From positions 213,504 through 277,503 of the forward strand of contig JBGQGB010000001.1 of NCBI GenBank assembly GCA_041497195.1: a stretch of DNA of 64,000 nucleotides, written 5' to 3'. Source of the stretch: Candidatus Doudnabacteria bacterium. Lineage in GTDB: Bacteria; Patescibacteriota; Doudnabacteria; UBA920; 2-01-FULL-46-14. This document shows positions 37,338-46,775 of this stretch, one piece after another. The position numbers and the translations under genes are program-made. Positions within the stretch are counted from its first letter, which is position 1. Each line of letters starts with the position of its first letter. The notes beneath the pieces were generated by a model, which was not told where the DNA came from, made no database searches, and saw only the letters and a list, made by a program, of their open reading frames with translations.

Positions 37338-38558
37338 TTAAAAATATTTAGCCAAAAAAAACTTGAGTTTTGATTCCAAATATTGAAGTTGCAAATCGGC
37401 TAACCCCTGATGGCACCCAACGACAAAAGCATTTCGCATAATGTATTCAGTGTTGGAAAAATTCCGCGAACCAATCTTTCTGGGAATTTCTCTGAATCCC
37501 GGCTGTTTAAGAATATCCCCGGTAAATACCGGGCGAGTCTGGATATTATTTGCTTCCAAATATTTTACAATCTCGAGGCGGGAAAAAGGGGCATTTTTTT
37601 TAATAATCAATGGGAAAGCCAGCCAAGCCGTATAACTTTTGGCGGTTTGGGCTGGTAGGATAAAATACCTTTCGTAACGCTTGAAAAAATTATAAAGCCG
37701 CCTAAAGTTTTTTTGCCTGATTTTCACGAAGCCCGGAAACTTCTTGAGTTGGACCAAAGCGAAAGCGGCAGAGATCTCAAGCGGCAAAAAATTGTATCCG
37801 ATTTCCGAAAAAATGAACTTGGCGTCATATGGTATGCCGGAAAGTTTGGTTCGAAACCTATTTTCCACAAGTTCGGAACTTTGTTTCTCTCCAAACAATG
37901 AAGATTGTCTACCCCAACCGCGCAAAACTAGCAGCCTTTTGTACCAACGCGGATCATTGACGCAAACCATCCCGCCCCCACCAGCACCGTTAATAATGTG
38001 CGAGCCATAAAAACTGGTCGTGGAAATGTCAGAATAGGCACCGCTCGGCTTGCCCACAAATCTGCCGCCCAAAGTATCGCAGGAGTCTTCAATGAACCAG
38101 AGCTTGTGTTTACGCGCAATCTGCTGGAGCATCTTTAAATTGGGAATATTGCCAAGCAGGGACGGAATCATCAGGGCGCGGGTACGTTTGGTGATATTTT
38201 TTTCTATCTGCTCGATATCGATCAGATAGGTTCCCAAGCTGACATCAATAAATACCGGCACGAGTCCTTTTTGCACTATTGGCGCGACAGTGGTGGCAAA
38301 AGTCAAAAGCGGAGTAATCACTTCACTTCCTTTGGGCAGATTCAGAATCTCCAACGCCAAAAGATTGGCTGACGAGCCCGAATTGACCATGACTCCATAT
38401 TTTTTCCCGAAAAGTCTGGCGATTCGGTTTTCAAATTCCTGAGTTTTATCACCCAGGGCCGTATTGCCTCTGAGCACTTTTACTACAGCCTCTATCTCTT
38501 CGGGGCCATGAACCGAGAGTGCGTACGGCACGGATACAGATTTTTTTAGTTTCAACAT
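37338..38558 (-). CDS. DegT/DnrJ/EryC1/StrS-family PLP-dependent sugar aminotransferase/dehydrase
   Basis: 406 aa. N-terminus ...HGPEEIEAVVKVL..GDKTQEFE..FGKKYGVMVNSGSSANLLAL. The Lys-containing region is conserved. Confidence 0.8.
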   Translation of the reverse strand: MLKLKKSVSVPYALSVHGPEEIEAVVKVLRGNTALGDKTQEFENRIARLFGKKYGVMVNSGSSANLLALEILNLPKGSEVITPLLTFATTVAPIVQKGLVPVFIDVSLGTYLIDIEQIEKNITKRTRALMIPSLLGNIPNLKMLQQIARKHKLWFIEDSCDTLGGRFVGKPSGAYSDISTTSFYGSHIINGAGGGGMVCVNDPRWYKRLLVLRGWGRQSSLFGEKQSSELVENRFRTKLSGIPYDAKFIFSEIGYNFLPLEISAAFALVQLKKFPGFVKIRQKNFRRLYNFFKRYERYFILPAQTAKSYTAWLAFPLIIKKNAPFSRLEIVKYLEANNIQTRPVFTGDILKQPGFREIPRKIGSRNFSNTEYIMRNAFVVGCHQGLADLQLQYLESKLKFFLAKYF

Positions 38559-38604
38559 TAAAAAAAGGATATTAAGGCTTTCTTTTCTTATTATAGCAAG
38601 ATAT

Positions 38605-38662
38605 CAAACTCTGACAAAAAAAATACACCGGCTCTCGGAGAACAAAATTCGTCTCCAAAAGC
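38605..38662 (-). terminator. rho-independent terminator after gene 38694-39299
   Basis: Stem CACCGGCT/AGCCGGTG with an inner hairpin, followed on the minus strand by a T run. Confidence 0.45.
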
Positions 38663-38693
38663 CGGTGAACAAACCGGTTTTGCTGCAAGGGCA

Positions 38694-39299
38694 TCAAAGC
38701 CGCAAATTCTCACGCTTGAGAAAGTACTCTACCCCTGCTGGGATAAGCTTCTCCAGGTGGTGTGGGCAAACGTTTGGCGGGAGTTCCTTCACAGGAAACC
38801 AGCCCGTGCCCTCACCTGGCTGGTCGACGGGATCCGTCTCGAAAAACACGGCTACCGGCATGTGACAATACCACCCGCGTTCCTCCTGTTGGAAAAACTC
38901 CTTCCCGTAAAGGACTGAAAACTTTGCAACCGGGGCCTTGAATTTCGCTTCGGCCACCCGTCGCACGACTACCGCGTAATCTTCCCCATTCTGAATGGCG
39001 CTCCCTCCCACCTCATACTGGTTAGGGTAAGCTTCGTTGGGGCCACGCAAACGCAACCAGACCTCGAGTTTTTGTGTCTTCTGATTGCGACGAACGCAGA
39101 CTCCCTCGACGGCAAGGTGTGGATCAAGCCTGTTCAGCTCGTTAAACAGCTTGGCGCCATAGGGCTGGTCGGCATCGATCAGAGACAAAACTTTCGCCGC
39201 AAACAGCCGGAGCCGCTCGTGGAAAGTCTCTTGTGCTGATGCAGGGTTAAACAGACTGTGGAATGCTTGCCAAATCACTTCCCATGCTTCTTGCAACAT
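38694..39299 (-). CDS. hypothetical protein (201 aa), GC about 53%
   Basis: Strong SD (AAGGAGGAGGAGAG). No family recognised. Confidence 0.4.
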   Translation of the reverse strand: MLQEAWEVIWQAFHSLFNPASAQETFHERLRLFAAKVLSLIDADQPYGAKLFNELNRLDPHLAVEGVCVRRNQKTQKLEVWLRLRGPNEAYPNQYEVGGSAIQNGEDYAVVVRRVAEAKFKAPVAKFSVLYGKEFFQQEERGWYCHMPVAVFFETDPVDQPGEGTGWFPVKELPPNVCPHHLEKLIPAGVEYFLKRENLRL

Positions 39300-39471
39300 A
39301 TCTCTCCTCCTCCTTGAGTGCTTGCCCTAGAAAAACGACAATCCGAACAACCTGAGAAAGTGGATAATACCAATTTTTTCCTCTACTGTCAAGAGTATAA
39401 GGTGGGGTTGTTTCAAAACAAAAAACAGAATCTCTCGACCCTGTTTTTACCGATGAGAATTGGCGCTATAC

Positions 39472-39942
39472 CTATCTTTTCAGTTTCTTTCGGACTTTCT
39501 CCCAAACGTCTTTGTGTTCGTTGATTATAGCCCGCGGCATCTTGCCAAAAAACTTCCCATGTACGGGTTTCGTTTCGGTTTCACATAAAAAGACGAGAGA
39601 CACCGCATGGCCGCGTGGTCCACTCGTGTAATTCACTGGAAACAAAAATTTTGAGCGTACTACATCGACTCCAAGTTCTGTCAGCGCCGTCTGTTGAATC
39701 CGTTCCTCAAAAGTCTCGTTATACCGCAACAATCCCCCGGGAAAATGCCATCCTGTCCACCATTGATCGCGCCGCCACGTCAATAAAATCTGTTTCTTCG
39801 AGTTAACGACGACCAGTTCACACGCCACAAATGGAACAACTCTGACAAAACCGTTAAATACCGCGGGCGGCAACCCTTCGTGGGGATGGTCAATTTTCTT
39901 TAAAATTTTCAGCAACTGTCGGATCTCTTTGCTTCCTAACAT
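39472..39942 (-). CDS. NUDIX hydrolase
   Basis: The Nudix box PGGLLRYNETFEERIQQTALTELGV fits GX5EX7REUXEEXGU. Confidence 0.6.
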   Translation of the reverse strand: MLGSKEIRQLLKILKKIDHPHEGLPPAVFNGFVRVVPFVACELVVVNSKKQILLTWRRDQWWTGWHFPGGLLRYNETFEERIQQTALTELGVDVVRSKFLFPVNYTSGPRGHAVSLVFLCETETKPVHGKFFGKMPRAIINEHKDVWEKVRKKLKR

Positions 39943-39945
39943 AAT

Positions 39946-40338
39946 CTACGTTTTGAAAGTCCAGTGTTTATGGGCGAAAAAAGAAAACAGGACCATCACC
40001 ACCAAAAGCACGGTCTGGGCCGCAATCGGACGCCACTTTACCCACTCCACGAGCACCACCAGCCCGCCCAGACCAATCAGGTACTGGACGGCGTAAACGG
40101 CAAAAAACTTCAGAATTTCTCCGAAACGCCGGCTGGCAATGCGAAAGGTAAAGTATTTATTCCACAAATAGCTGTTGGTCACGGCTAGCGCGAAAGACAA
40201 AACTGACGCCAGCACGTAGTGCAATTTTAAAAAAACGAACAGGACGAAAAAACCATAGGCCACGCCGGTATTGAGCGCTCCCACCAAAAGAAATCTCGAA
40301 AACGGAGAGTTATTAACCCGGCTCCACGGTCCGTTCAT
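39946..40338 (-). CDS. GtrA-family 4-TM protein (polyprenol-P-sugar flippase candidate)
   Basis: 130 aa, FLLVGALNTGVAYGFFVLFV..., GtrA-like topology. Adjacent to a GtrB-like GT2. Confidence 0.65.
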   Translation of the reverse strand: MNGPWSRVNNSPFSRFLLVGALNTGVAYGFFVLFVFLKLHYVLASVLSFALAVTNSYLWNKYFTFRIASRRFGEILKFFAVYAVQYLIGLGGLVVLVEWVKWRPIAAQTVLLVVMVLFSFFAHKHWTFKT

Positions 40339-41278
40339 GCTTGTTCTGCGTCACTACCTCTTTAACAATGTAATTGGGGCGGTTTTTGGTTTCCTCGAAA
40401 ATAATAGCTATGTACTTGCCAACTACACTGATAGCCAAAACTTGGATGCCACCGAAAAACATGATCCCTAAAAATAACGTGGCCGATCCTTGAATCGGGT
40501 TGCCGGCGACAAGAACCCAGGCGATGTAAATAATTATTGAAATCACCGACAAGAACACAAAAAATAAACCAAGGTAGGTGATGAAATCGAGTGGCACGTT
40601 GGAAAAAGCAACCAGACCAGATTCGGCCGATTTCAAATAATTGAAAAAACTGTAACTGGACTTTCCATATTTCCGGGCTTGCCGATCATAAGGAATGAAT
40701 GTCCGTCGAAACCCGGCCCAAGCCAAAAGTCCCCGGTGAAACCGGTGCCTTTCGGGCATTTGTATGACTTCTCGATTTACCCGAGCATCATAAAGTCCAA
40801 ACCCTGTTACTCCGCGAGGAATATCTATATACGAAGTTTCTTTTAGTAATTTGTAGAAGAACCGTCGAAACCATCCAATCAAAAAATTATCTTCTGTTTT
40901 TTGAGTCTGCCCCAAAACCAAATCGTAGCCTTCCTCCCATTTCTTAATGAACTGCGGGATCAAACTTGGCGGTTCCTGAAGATCGGCAGGCAATGGAATG
41001 ATCGCCTCTCCGTGGGCATGGCGCAGCCCGGCCAAACCCGAGGCCTCGGGGCCAAAATTACGCGACAGCAAAACCGCTACGACTTTCGGGTCCTCACGAG
41101 CCAGCTTTTTCATCAATGCTGCCGACTGATCCATGCTCCCATTGTCGACAAAAATGATTTCATGTTCGTAATTAGGTAAGGTCGCCAAAACTCTCTTTAC
41201 CTCTTTGTAAGTATTGTTGATGTTTTCTTCCTCGTTATAACAAGGAATAACAATAGATATCAATTTCCGTTGTGTCAT
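40313..41278 (-). CDS. GT2 polyprenol-phosphate glycosyltransferase (GtrB/CsbB-like, two C-terminal TM helices)
   Basis: ISIVIPCYNEEENI, VDNGSMD and a DxD-equivalent, with C-terminal TMs. The start is taken at the internal Met MTQRK. Confidence 0.75.
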   Translation of the reverse strand: MTQRKLISIVIPCYNEEENINNTYKEVKRVLATLPNYEHEIIFVDNGSMDQSAALMKKLAREDPKVVAVLLSRNFGPEASGLAGLRHAHGEAIIPLPADLQEPPSLIPQFIKKWEEGYDLVLGQTQKTEDNFLIGWFRRFFYKLLKETSYIDIPRGVTGFGLYDARVNREVIQMPERHRFHRGLLAWAGFRRTFIPYDRQARKYGKSSYSFFNYLKSAESGLVAFSNVPLDFITYLGLFFVFLSVISIIIYIAWVLVAGNPIQGSATLFLGIMFFGGIQVLAISVVGKYIAIIFEETKNRPNYIVKEVVTQNKHERTVEPG

Positions 41279-41282
41279 AAAA

Positions 41283-42905
41283 TTACTCTTTTTTCGGCGA
41301 CCACTTACCAAGCGGCATCTCCTTCGAATCGGTAAATATCTCGCAAAGCACGGGGCCGGAAGACCGCAGGGCCTTGCGGGTAACGTTTATCAGATCAGCC
41401 CGATCGGCAATTCGAAAATAGCGCATATTAAAAGCGGCGGCGATCTTTTTCATATCCGGAATCCCTACACCGCTTTTTATCCCTGCGCCGTAAATCCGAC
41501 CAAAGTAGTTAAGCTGCGTGCGCGAAATGGATAAATAACCGTCGTTATTCATCACAAATAATTTAATGGGGAGCTTATGATAACTGATTGTTTCCAATTC
41601 TTGCAAATTGAACATAAGCGAGCCTTCGCCATCCACGCAGACCACAGGTTTCTTATCGACTGCAAAACAAGTTCCCACAGCCGCCGGCAAGGCGTGACCC
41701 ATTGATCCCATGCCCAAATTGACAATCAGACGCTGATTCTTTTTCAACGCTAAGGTTTTAAATGCCGCAACCGAAGCCGATGGACCGTTACCTACAACAA
41801 TCGGCAATTTGGTATCTAAGTGATCAAAAAACTCATAGGAAGCGAGTTTTTTAGGCAGCTTGTATCGCTGGGGTTTTACTTGCACTGGCCATCTATGTAA
41901 AAGTAAAGGCTCTTTTAATAAGGCTCTTAAAAAATCTTTTATATCTGCCGCAACTGGCAGGTTCAAGCTTAAAGTTTTTTTATGCAGTTCGGCCGGATCA
42001 ATGTCTACCATAATCTGGTAAGCTTGCCTGGCAAAATATTCATAATCAAAGGAAACCTGCTGGATGCTCATACGCGTGCCCAAGATTAAAAGCAAATCAC
42101 ATTCCCCTACCGCTTGATTAGCCGTCTCCCCTCCAGCCATTCCCTGCAAGCCCAAAAAATAAGGATAAGCCTTGGTGACTAAGCCCAAACCACTAACGGA
42201 AACCACGGCATTAATTTTGGTTCTGGCTAAAAGCTTCTGGAGTTCCGATTCTGCGTGAGCCAACCTCACTCCGTTGCCAACCAATAACAAAGGATGTTTC
42301 GCTGCCCTCAACTTTTGGGCGACTTTTTTAATTAACTCAGCTGATACGACGTGTCTTAGTTTTGGCGGTCGAAACCCTTTTAATTTTTCCGGATTAATTT
42401 TCGTCCGTTGGATGTCCAAAGGAATATCCAACCAGACCGGGCCAGGCCTTCCATGGGTCGCAATATGCAGAGCCTTCTCCAGTTCGTAACGAATCAACCG
42501 GGGGTCGGTGATCATTACTATGTATTTAGTAACCGGCTGGGCAATCTTTTTGATATCAGCCTCCTGTTCGGCCAGGAGCCGCAAACCCCCACTGGCTTGG
42601 ACTTGAGTCCGGACCTGACCGCTCAAAATGATCATGGGTATAGAATCGGTCCAAGCACCAGCCACTCCATTTAGAGCATTGAGACTTGCTGGACCGCTGG
42701 TAATACAAATAGCGCCCATGCTTCCAGTCATGCGCGCGTAAGCCTCCGCGGCCATTGCGCAAGCTTGCTCGTGATGACAACACACGTAATTCATACCAAG
42801 CCGTCCAATACTGTCGTTCAGATACATGGCACTGCCACCAGTGACCATAAATATCGTCTTGACATGCTTTTTTATTTCTAGAATTACGTAATCGGACAAC
42901 AACAT
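41283..42905 (-). CDS. thiamine-pyrophosphate-dependent enzyme, acetolactate-synthase large-subunit-like (YerE-like branched-sugar synthase candidate)
   Basis: 540 aa, TPP N-, central and C-domains (GGSAMYLND...; GDG-like motif GMGSMGHALPAAVG; ...NNDGYLSI). Confidence 0.7.
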   Translation of the reverse strand: MLLSDYVILEIKKHVKTIFMVTGGSAMYLNDSIGRLGMNYVCCHHEQACAMAAEAYARMTGSMGAICITSGPASLNALNGVAGAWTDSIPMIILSGQVRTQVQASGGLRLLAEQEADIKKIAQPVTKYIVMITDPRLIRYELEKALHIATHGRPGPVWLDIPLDIQRTKINPEKLKGFRPPKLRHVVSAELIKKVAQKLRAAKHPLLLVGNGVRLAHAESELQKLLARTKINAVVSVSGLGLVTKAYPYFLGLQGMAGGETANQAVGECDLLLILGTRMSIQQVSFDYEYFARQAYQIMVDIDPAELHKKTLSLNLPVAADIKDFLRALLKEPLLLHRWPVQVKPQRYKLPKKLASYEFFDHLDTKLPIVVGNGPSASVAAFKTLALKKNQRLIVNLGMGSMGHALPAAVGTCFAVDKKPVVCVDGEGSLMFNLQELETISYHKLPIKLFVMNNDGYLSISRTQLNYFGRIYGAGIKSGVGIPDMKKIAAAFNMRYFRIADRADLINVTRKALRSSGPVLCEIFTDSKEMPLGKWSPKKE

Positions 42906-42933
42906 AAAAAAATAAATTATCGGATTTACTGAT

Positions 42934-43866
42934 CTAATTCTTAGGCCTGGTCTGAGCGCGGACTTGAACTAGATACTCATCATTAATTATTGCTTCCCTG
43001 TCTAATTGAGAGGCTAGACCTTTGTAGTAATCGAATAAACTCTTGATCCCGTCCCTGATACCAGTAAATTGGACTCCGGGTAATTCTTGTCGCAACCGGG
43101 CGTTGCTGCCAGTGTATTCATAGCTGTTTCCCTGATTCAAGGTCGAGACCTTGGATTGAAACTCGGAAATGCCATTGATCATCTGACAAATGTCCACCAA
43201 TTCCACTGTTTGGTCTGGGACCACGTTGTAACTTTTATAATGCGCTTTGTGTGTGAGAAAATACTCTACAACCGGCCCAAGATCGGTAACGTATAGATAA
43301 CTAAATTTGGCGTTTCGGTTGACTTTCAGGTCCTGCTTGAGAAGATTTTTTACAATACTGTTAGAAATAAAGGAAAAAAGATAATTTTCCCCAGGCCCGT
43401 AAATACCAAATAGGCGCAAGCAAATCAGATTTTCTGCTCGCTCAATATATTGAGAGATAGCGTATTTATAAAATCCGTAGTCGTCTTTAGGAACGTACTT
43501 TCCAAACTCCTCCTCACCAACCTTCACGAGAGGGCGAAATTTGCCATACTCCGCGCCCGAACCGAGAACAATGAACTTTTCCAAGTGATCTAAGTTTGCC
43601 GCCAGGTTAAAAAAAATTCGCAAATTGCGTTCCACCATTTCGTAGGACTCAGATGACTTCCCCGGTTTTTGGTGAGCACAGTGCACAACAGCGGCGATCT
43701 GGTTTACGGCTATGTAATCTACAACTGCTTGCGCATCAGTCAACTCTAGTTCATCGTGTCGCGGCGCAAAAATTTTATAGCTCTGCTCCAAATAGCGCTT
43801 TAAGTATCCTCCAATAAACCCGCTTCCACCGGTAACGATAATATTCGTCTTTTTGGATGAAATCAT
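42934..43866 (-). CDS. NAD(P)-dependent SDR epimerase/reductase (dTDP-4-dehydrorhamnose-reductase/YerF-like)
   Basis: IIVTGGSGFIGGYL Rossmann motif, YxxxK (YKYAISQYIE). The start is taken at MISSKK. Confidence 0.6.
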   Translation of the reverse strand: MISSKKTNIIVTGGSGFIGGYLKRYLEQSYKIFAPRHDELELTDAQAVVDYIAVNQIAAVVHCAHQKPGKSSESYEMVERNLRIFFNLAANLDHLEKFIVLGSGAEYGKFRPLVKVGEEEFGKYVPKDDYGFYKYAISQYIERAENLICLRLFGIYGPGENYLFSFISNSIVKNLLKQDLKVNRNAKFSYLYVTDLGPVVEYFLTHKAHYKSYNVVPDQTVELVDICQMINGISEFQSKVSTLNQGNSYEYTGSNARLRQELPGVQFTGIRDGIKSLFDYYKGLASQLDREAIINDEYLVQVRAQTRPKN

Positions 43867-44041
43867 ATATTTTATTTGCGACGCTGCGCAAGCACGTGTC
43901 ACCAGACTTCTTTTCTCCCTGCATTATAGAATAATCGTCTGAATTTGGAAAGGTGCTCTCGTCAGCTGAATTCTGGGTTTGGTAGTTGATTTTTTACGAC
44001 AAATCTTTTAAAATATGCGTAGATGCCAAATTTAAAAAACG

Positions 44042-45043
44042 ATGAATCACTACGACAACAAAGCCATTCTCATCACCGGCGGGACCGGATCATTTGGTAA
44101 AAATTTTACCAAGTTCCTTCTGAAAAATCCACTCGTAAAACGAGTCACAATCTTCAGTCGTGACGAGTTCAAGCAGCACTACATGCAAAAGGAGCTCACT
44201 GACCCTCGACTGCGTTTTTTTATCGGCGACGTGCGTGACCTGCCTAGACTAGAACGCGCTTTTCAAGGAGTGGATATCGTTATTCACGCGGCCGCTCTCA
44301 AACATATTCCCGCCCTCGAATACAATCCTTTTGAGGCAGTAAAAACTAATATCATGGGGACTCAAAATGTCATTGAAGCTGCCATCGATCAAAAAGTTGC
44401 TCAGGTACTCTTGATTTCGACTGATAAAGCCGCTCAACCAACTAATTTGTATGGCGCCACCAAACTCTGCGCGGAAAAACTATTCGTATCCGGCAACTCC
44501 TACACCCGCGGCAAAACTACTTTTAGCGCCGTAAGATACGGCAACGTCATAGGAAGTCGTGGCAGTATTGTCGAAATGTTATTAGAAAACAAAGGCAGCG
44601 GCAAAGTCCCAATTACCGATCTGGAAATGACCAGATTTTGGATTACTTTTGCACAAAGTTTTCAACTCGTGACTTTTGCCTTAGAAAATATGGAGGGAGG
44701 CGAAATTTTCGTCCCCAAAATTCCCAGCATGAAATTGATTGATCTTTTTAATATTTTGGCTCCTGGGGTTGAAAAAGAAGTTATCGGAATTAGGCCGGGG
44801 GAAAAACTGCATGAAGTACTGCTGACCGAGCATGAATCGAGACATACCATTGAACTTTCTGACTATTTTGTCATCTTACCGGAATTCACGCACTTTAGCG
44901 GGGAGAGAGGACTTTACGGTAAATACAAAGAGCGGGGGCAAAAACTCGATTCAAAATTCTCTTTTGTGAGCCATACAAATGAAAAATGGCTGACGTCTGA
45001 AGAACTGATATTGATTTTAAAAGAAGCTAGCCTGGAATTATGA
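44042..45043 (+). CDS. pseB: UDP-N-acetylglucosamine 4,6-dehydratase (inverting), PseB/FlaA1/CapD-like
   Basis: ILITGGTGSFGKNF, RVTIFSRDEFKQ, FIGDVRD. Confidence 0.8.
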   Translation: MNHYDNKAILITGGTGSFGKNFTKFLLKNPLVKRVTIFSRDEFKQHYMQKELTDPRLRFFIGDVRDLPRLERAFQGVDIVIHAAALKHIPALEYNPFEAVKTNIMGTQNVIEAAIDQKVAQVLLISTDKAAQPTNLYGATKLCAEKLFVSGNSYTRGKTTFSAVRYGNVIGSRGSIVEMLLENKGSGKVPITDLEMTRFWITFAQSFQLVTFALENMEGGEIFVPKIPSMKLIDLFNILAPGVEKEVIGIRPGEKLHEVLLTEHESRHTIELSDYFVILPEFTHFSGERGLYGKYKERGQKLDSKFSFVSHTNEKWLTSEELILILKEASLEL

Positions 45044-46146
45044 TTCCCTATGGTCACCAAACTGTCGATAAGCTGGACATCCAAGCGGTTAAAAAAGTTT
45101 TAGAATCGGACTATCTGACGACCGGGCCGAAAGTAGTAGAATTTGAATCAGCTGCGAGTAAACTAATAGGAACAAAGTACGCTGTAGCCGTAGCAAACGG
45201 CACTGCGGCTTTACATTTATCCTATTTGGCTGCCGGACTGGGTCCGGGGGATGAAGTCATTACTAGCCCAAACACTTTTGTCGCAACTACTAACATGCTT
45301 TTAGCGGTCGGGGCTAAACCGGTTTTCTGCGACATCCGCACGGATACTCACAATATAGACGAGGATAAAATCGAAAAACTAATCAATCGTAAGACCCGCG
45401 CCATCGTTCCGATGCATTTTGCCGGACATCCGTGCGAGATGGATAAAATTTGGAGATTGGCAAAAAAAAATAAGCTTTTGGTGATTGAAGACGCGGCCCA
45501 CGCTTTTGGAGCAAAATACCGCAATCGCTATATCGGAGGCGGCAAGAGCGACTTAACGACGTTTAGTTTTCATCCTGTCAAATCGATAACCACTGGCGAA
45601 GGCGGTCTGATAGTGACCAACAATCCAAAATTGCACGTAAAACTAAAACTTTTACGCAATCACGGCATAAAAAAAGATAAAAACGGTTTTAATGTGATGA
45701 CCGTTCTGGGCTACAATTTCCGCCTGACCGAGCTACAAGCAGCTTTGGGACTGAGTCAACTGAGCAAACTAAAAAAATTCCTAAACTTGCGCCACCAAAT
45801 GGCGAAATTGTACCGAAATAATTTGAAGCGTCTCCCACAAATTGCGCTACCGGTGGAACACCAGGATTGTTACAGCGCCTGGCACATCTATGTTATTAAT
45901 CTAAAAAATCCGAAACATCGGCTACCTCTTTACCGGCACTTACTCAAAAATGGCATCGGTGCCAACTTCCATTACCCTGCCGTCTATAAGCATCCTTACT
46001 ACCGAAAACTAAATTTGACGGCCTCCTGTCCAGTAGCAGATAACTATAGCGCATCGGCTATAACTTTACCCTTATTCCCTGAACTATCTTCCACTGAAGT
46101 AAAATTTATCTGCAACAAAATTTCAGAATATTTTCAAGCTTTATAA
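45040..46146 (+). CDS. pseC: DegT-family aminotransferase, PseC-like (UDP-4-amino-4,6-dideoxy sugar transaminase)
   Basis: IPYGHQTVDKLDIQAVKKVLESDYLTTGPKVVEFE. The Lys region FSFHPVKSITTGEGG. ATGA overlap with pseB. Confidence 0.75.
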   Translation: MIPYGHQTVDKLDIQAVKKVLESDYLTTGPKVVEFESAASKLIGTKYAVAVANGTAALHLSYLAAGLGPGDEVITSPNTFVATTNMLLAVGAKPVFCDIRTDTHNIDEDKIEKLINRKTRAIVPMHFAGHPCEMDKIWRLAKKNKLLVIEDAAHAFGAKYRNRYIGGGKSDLTTFSFHPVKSITTGEGGLIVTNNPKLHVKLKLLRNHGIKKDKNGFNVMTVLGYNFRLTELQAALGLSQLSKLKKFLNLRHQMAKLYRNNLKRLPQIALPVEHQDCYSAWHIYVINLKNPKHRLPLYRHLLKNGIGANFHYPAVYKHPYYRKLNLTASCPVADNYSASAITLPLFPELSSTEVKFICNKISEYFQAL

Positions 46147-46154
46147 CTCTTTGC

Positions 46155-46772
46155 ATGGCCAAGGAAAAAACCGCTATTATCATTTTGGGAGGAGGTTTGA
46201 AAAGGAATAAAAATGGAAGCTGGCGAACAGCCAATTATGGCAAAGCAGGCGACAAATTCGGCATGACCGGGGACCGCTTGCGGATAATCGCCGGCGCATA
46301 TTTGGCTCAAGACCACGGCGAATACCTTGTTCTTGCGGCGGGCGGGCGGGGCCAATATAAAAATATCCCCGGGTCTCCTAATATTTCTAGGGTAATTAAA
46401 AATGAGCTTCTAGAACTAGGGGTCCCTAAAAAACAAATTCTGGAAGAGAGCAAGTCAGATACGACTTACCGGCAGCTGCAGAATGTCACCAGATTAGTTC
46501 GCAAGCTGCGAGTTATTAAAGTTTTTATCCTAACCAACCAATGGCATATTCCGCGAATTCTGGCTTTACTAAAACATAACCCTGGGCTACGTAAACTCGC
46601 CGGATACGAGCCAGAACTGCTCTCAGCGGAAACCATTGTGTTAAAATATGATCGGAAAAAATGGAGAAAAATCATTCAAACAGCCCGTTCCAGCAAAGAG
46701 TTTAAAAAACGTGTGAAGCTTGAAATGAATGGCATTAAAGCTATTAAAAATCAAACCTACTTTTACAAATAA
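46155..46772 (+). CDS. DUF218 (YdcF/ElyC/SanA-like) domain protein
   Basis: AIIILGGG...LVLAAGGRG...SKSDTTYRQL pattern. Confidence 0.5.
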   Translation: MAKEKTAIIILGGGLKRNKNGSWRTANYGKAGDKFGMTGDRLRIIAGAYLAQDHGEYLVLAAGGRGQYKNIPGSPNISRVIKNELLELGVPKKQILEESKSDTTYRQLQNVTRLVRKLRVIKVFILTNQWHIPRILALLKHNPGLRKLAGYEPELLSAETIVLKYDRKKWRKIIQTARSSKEFKKRVKLEMNGIKAIKNQTYFYK

Positions 46773-46775
46773 TAT

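Noticed and set aside
38694-39299. Possible second NUDIX hydrolase (GGSAIQNGEDYAVVVRRVAEAKF)
   Set aside because: The segment does not satisfy the GX5EX7REUXEEXGU spacing, so it is left as a hypothetical protein.
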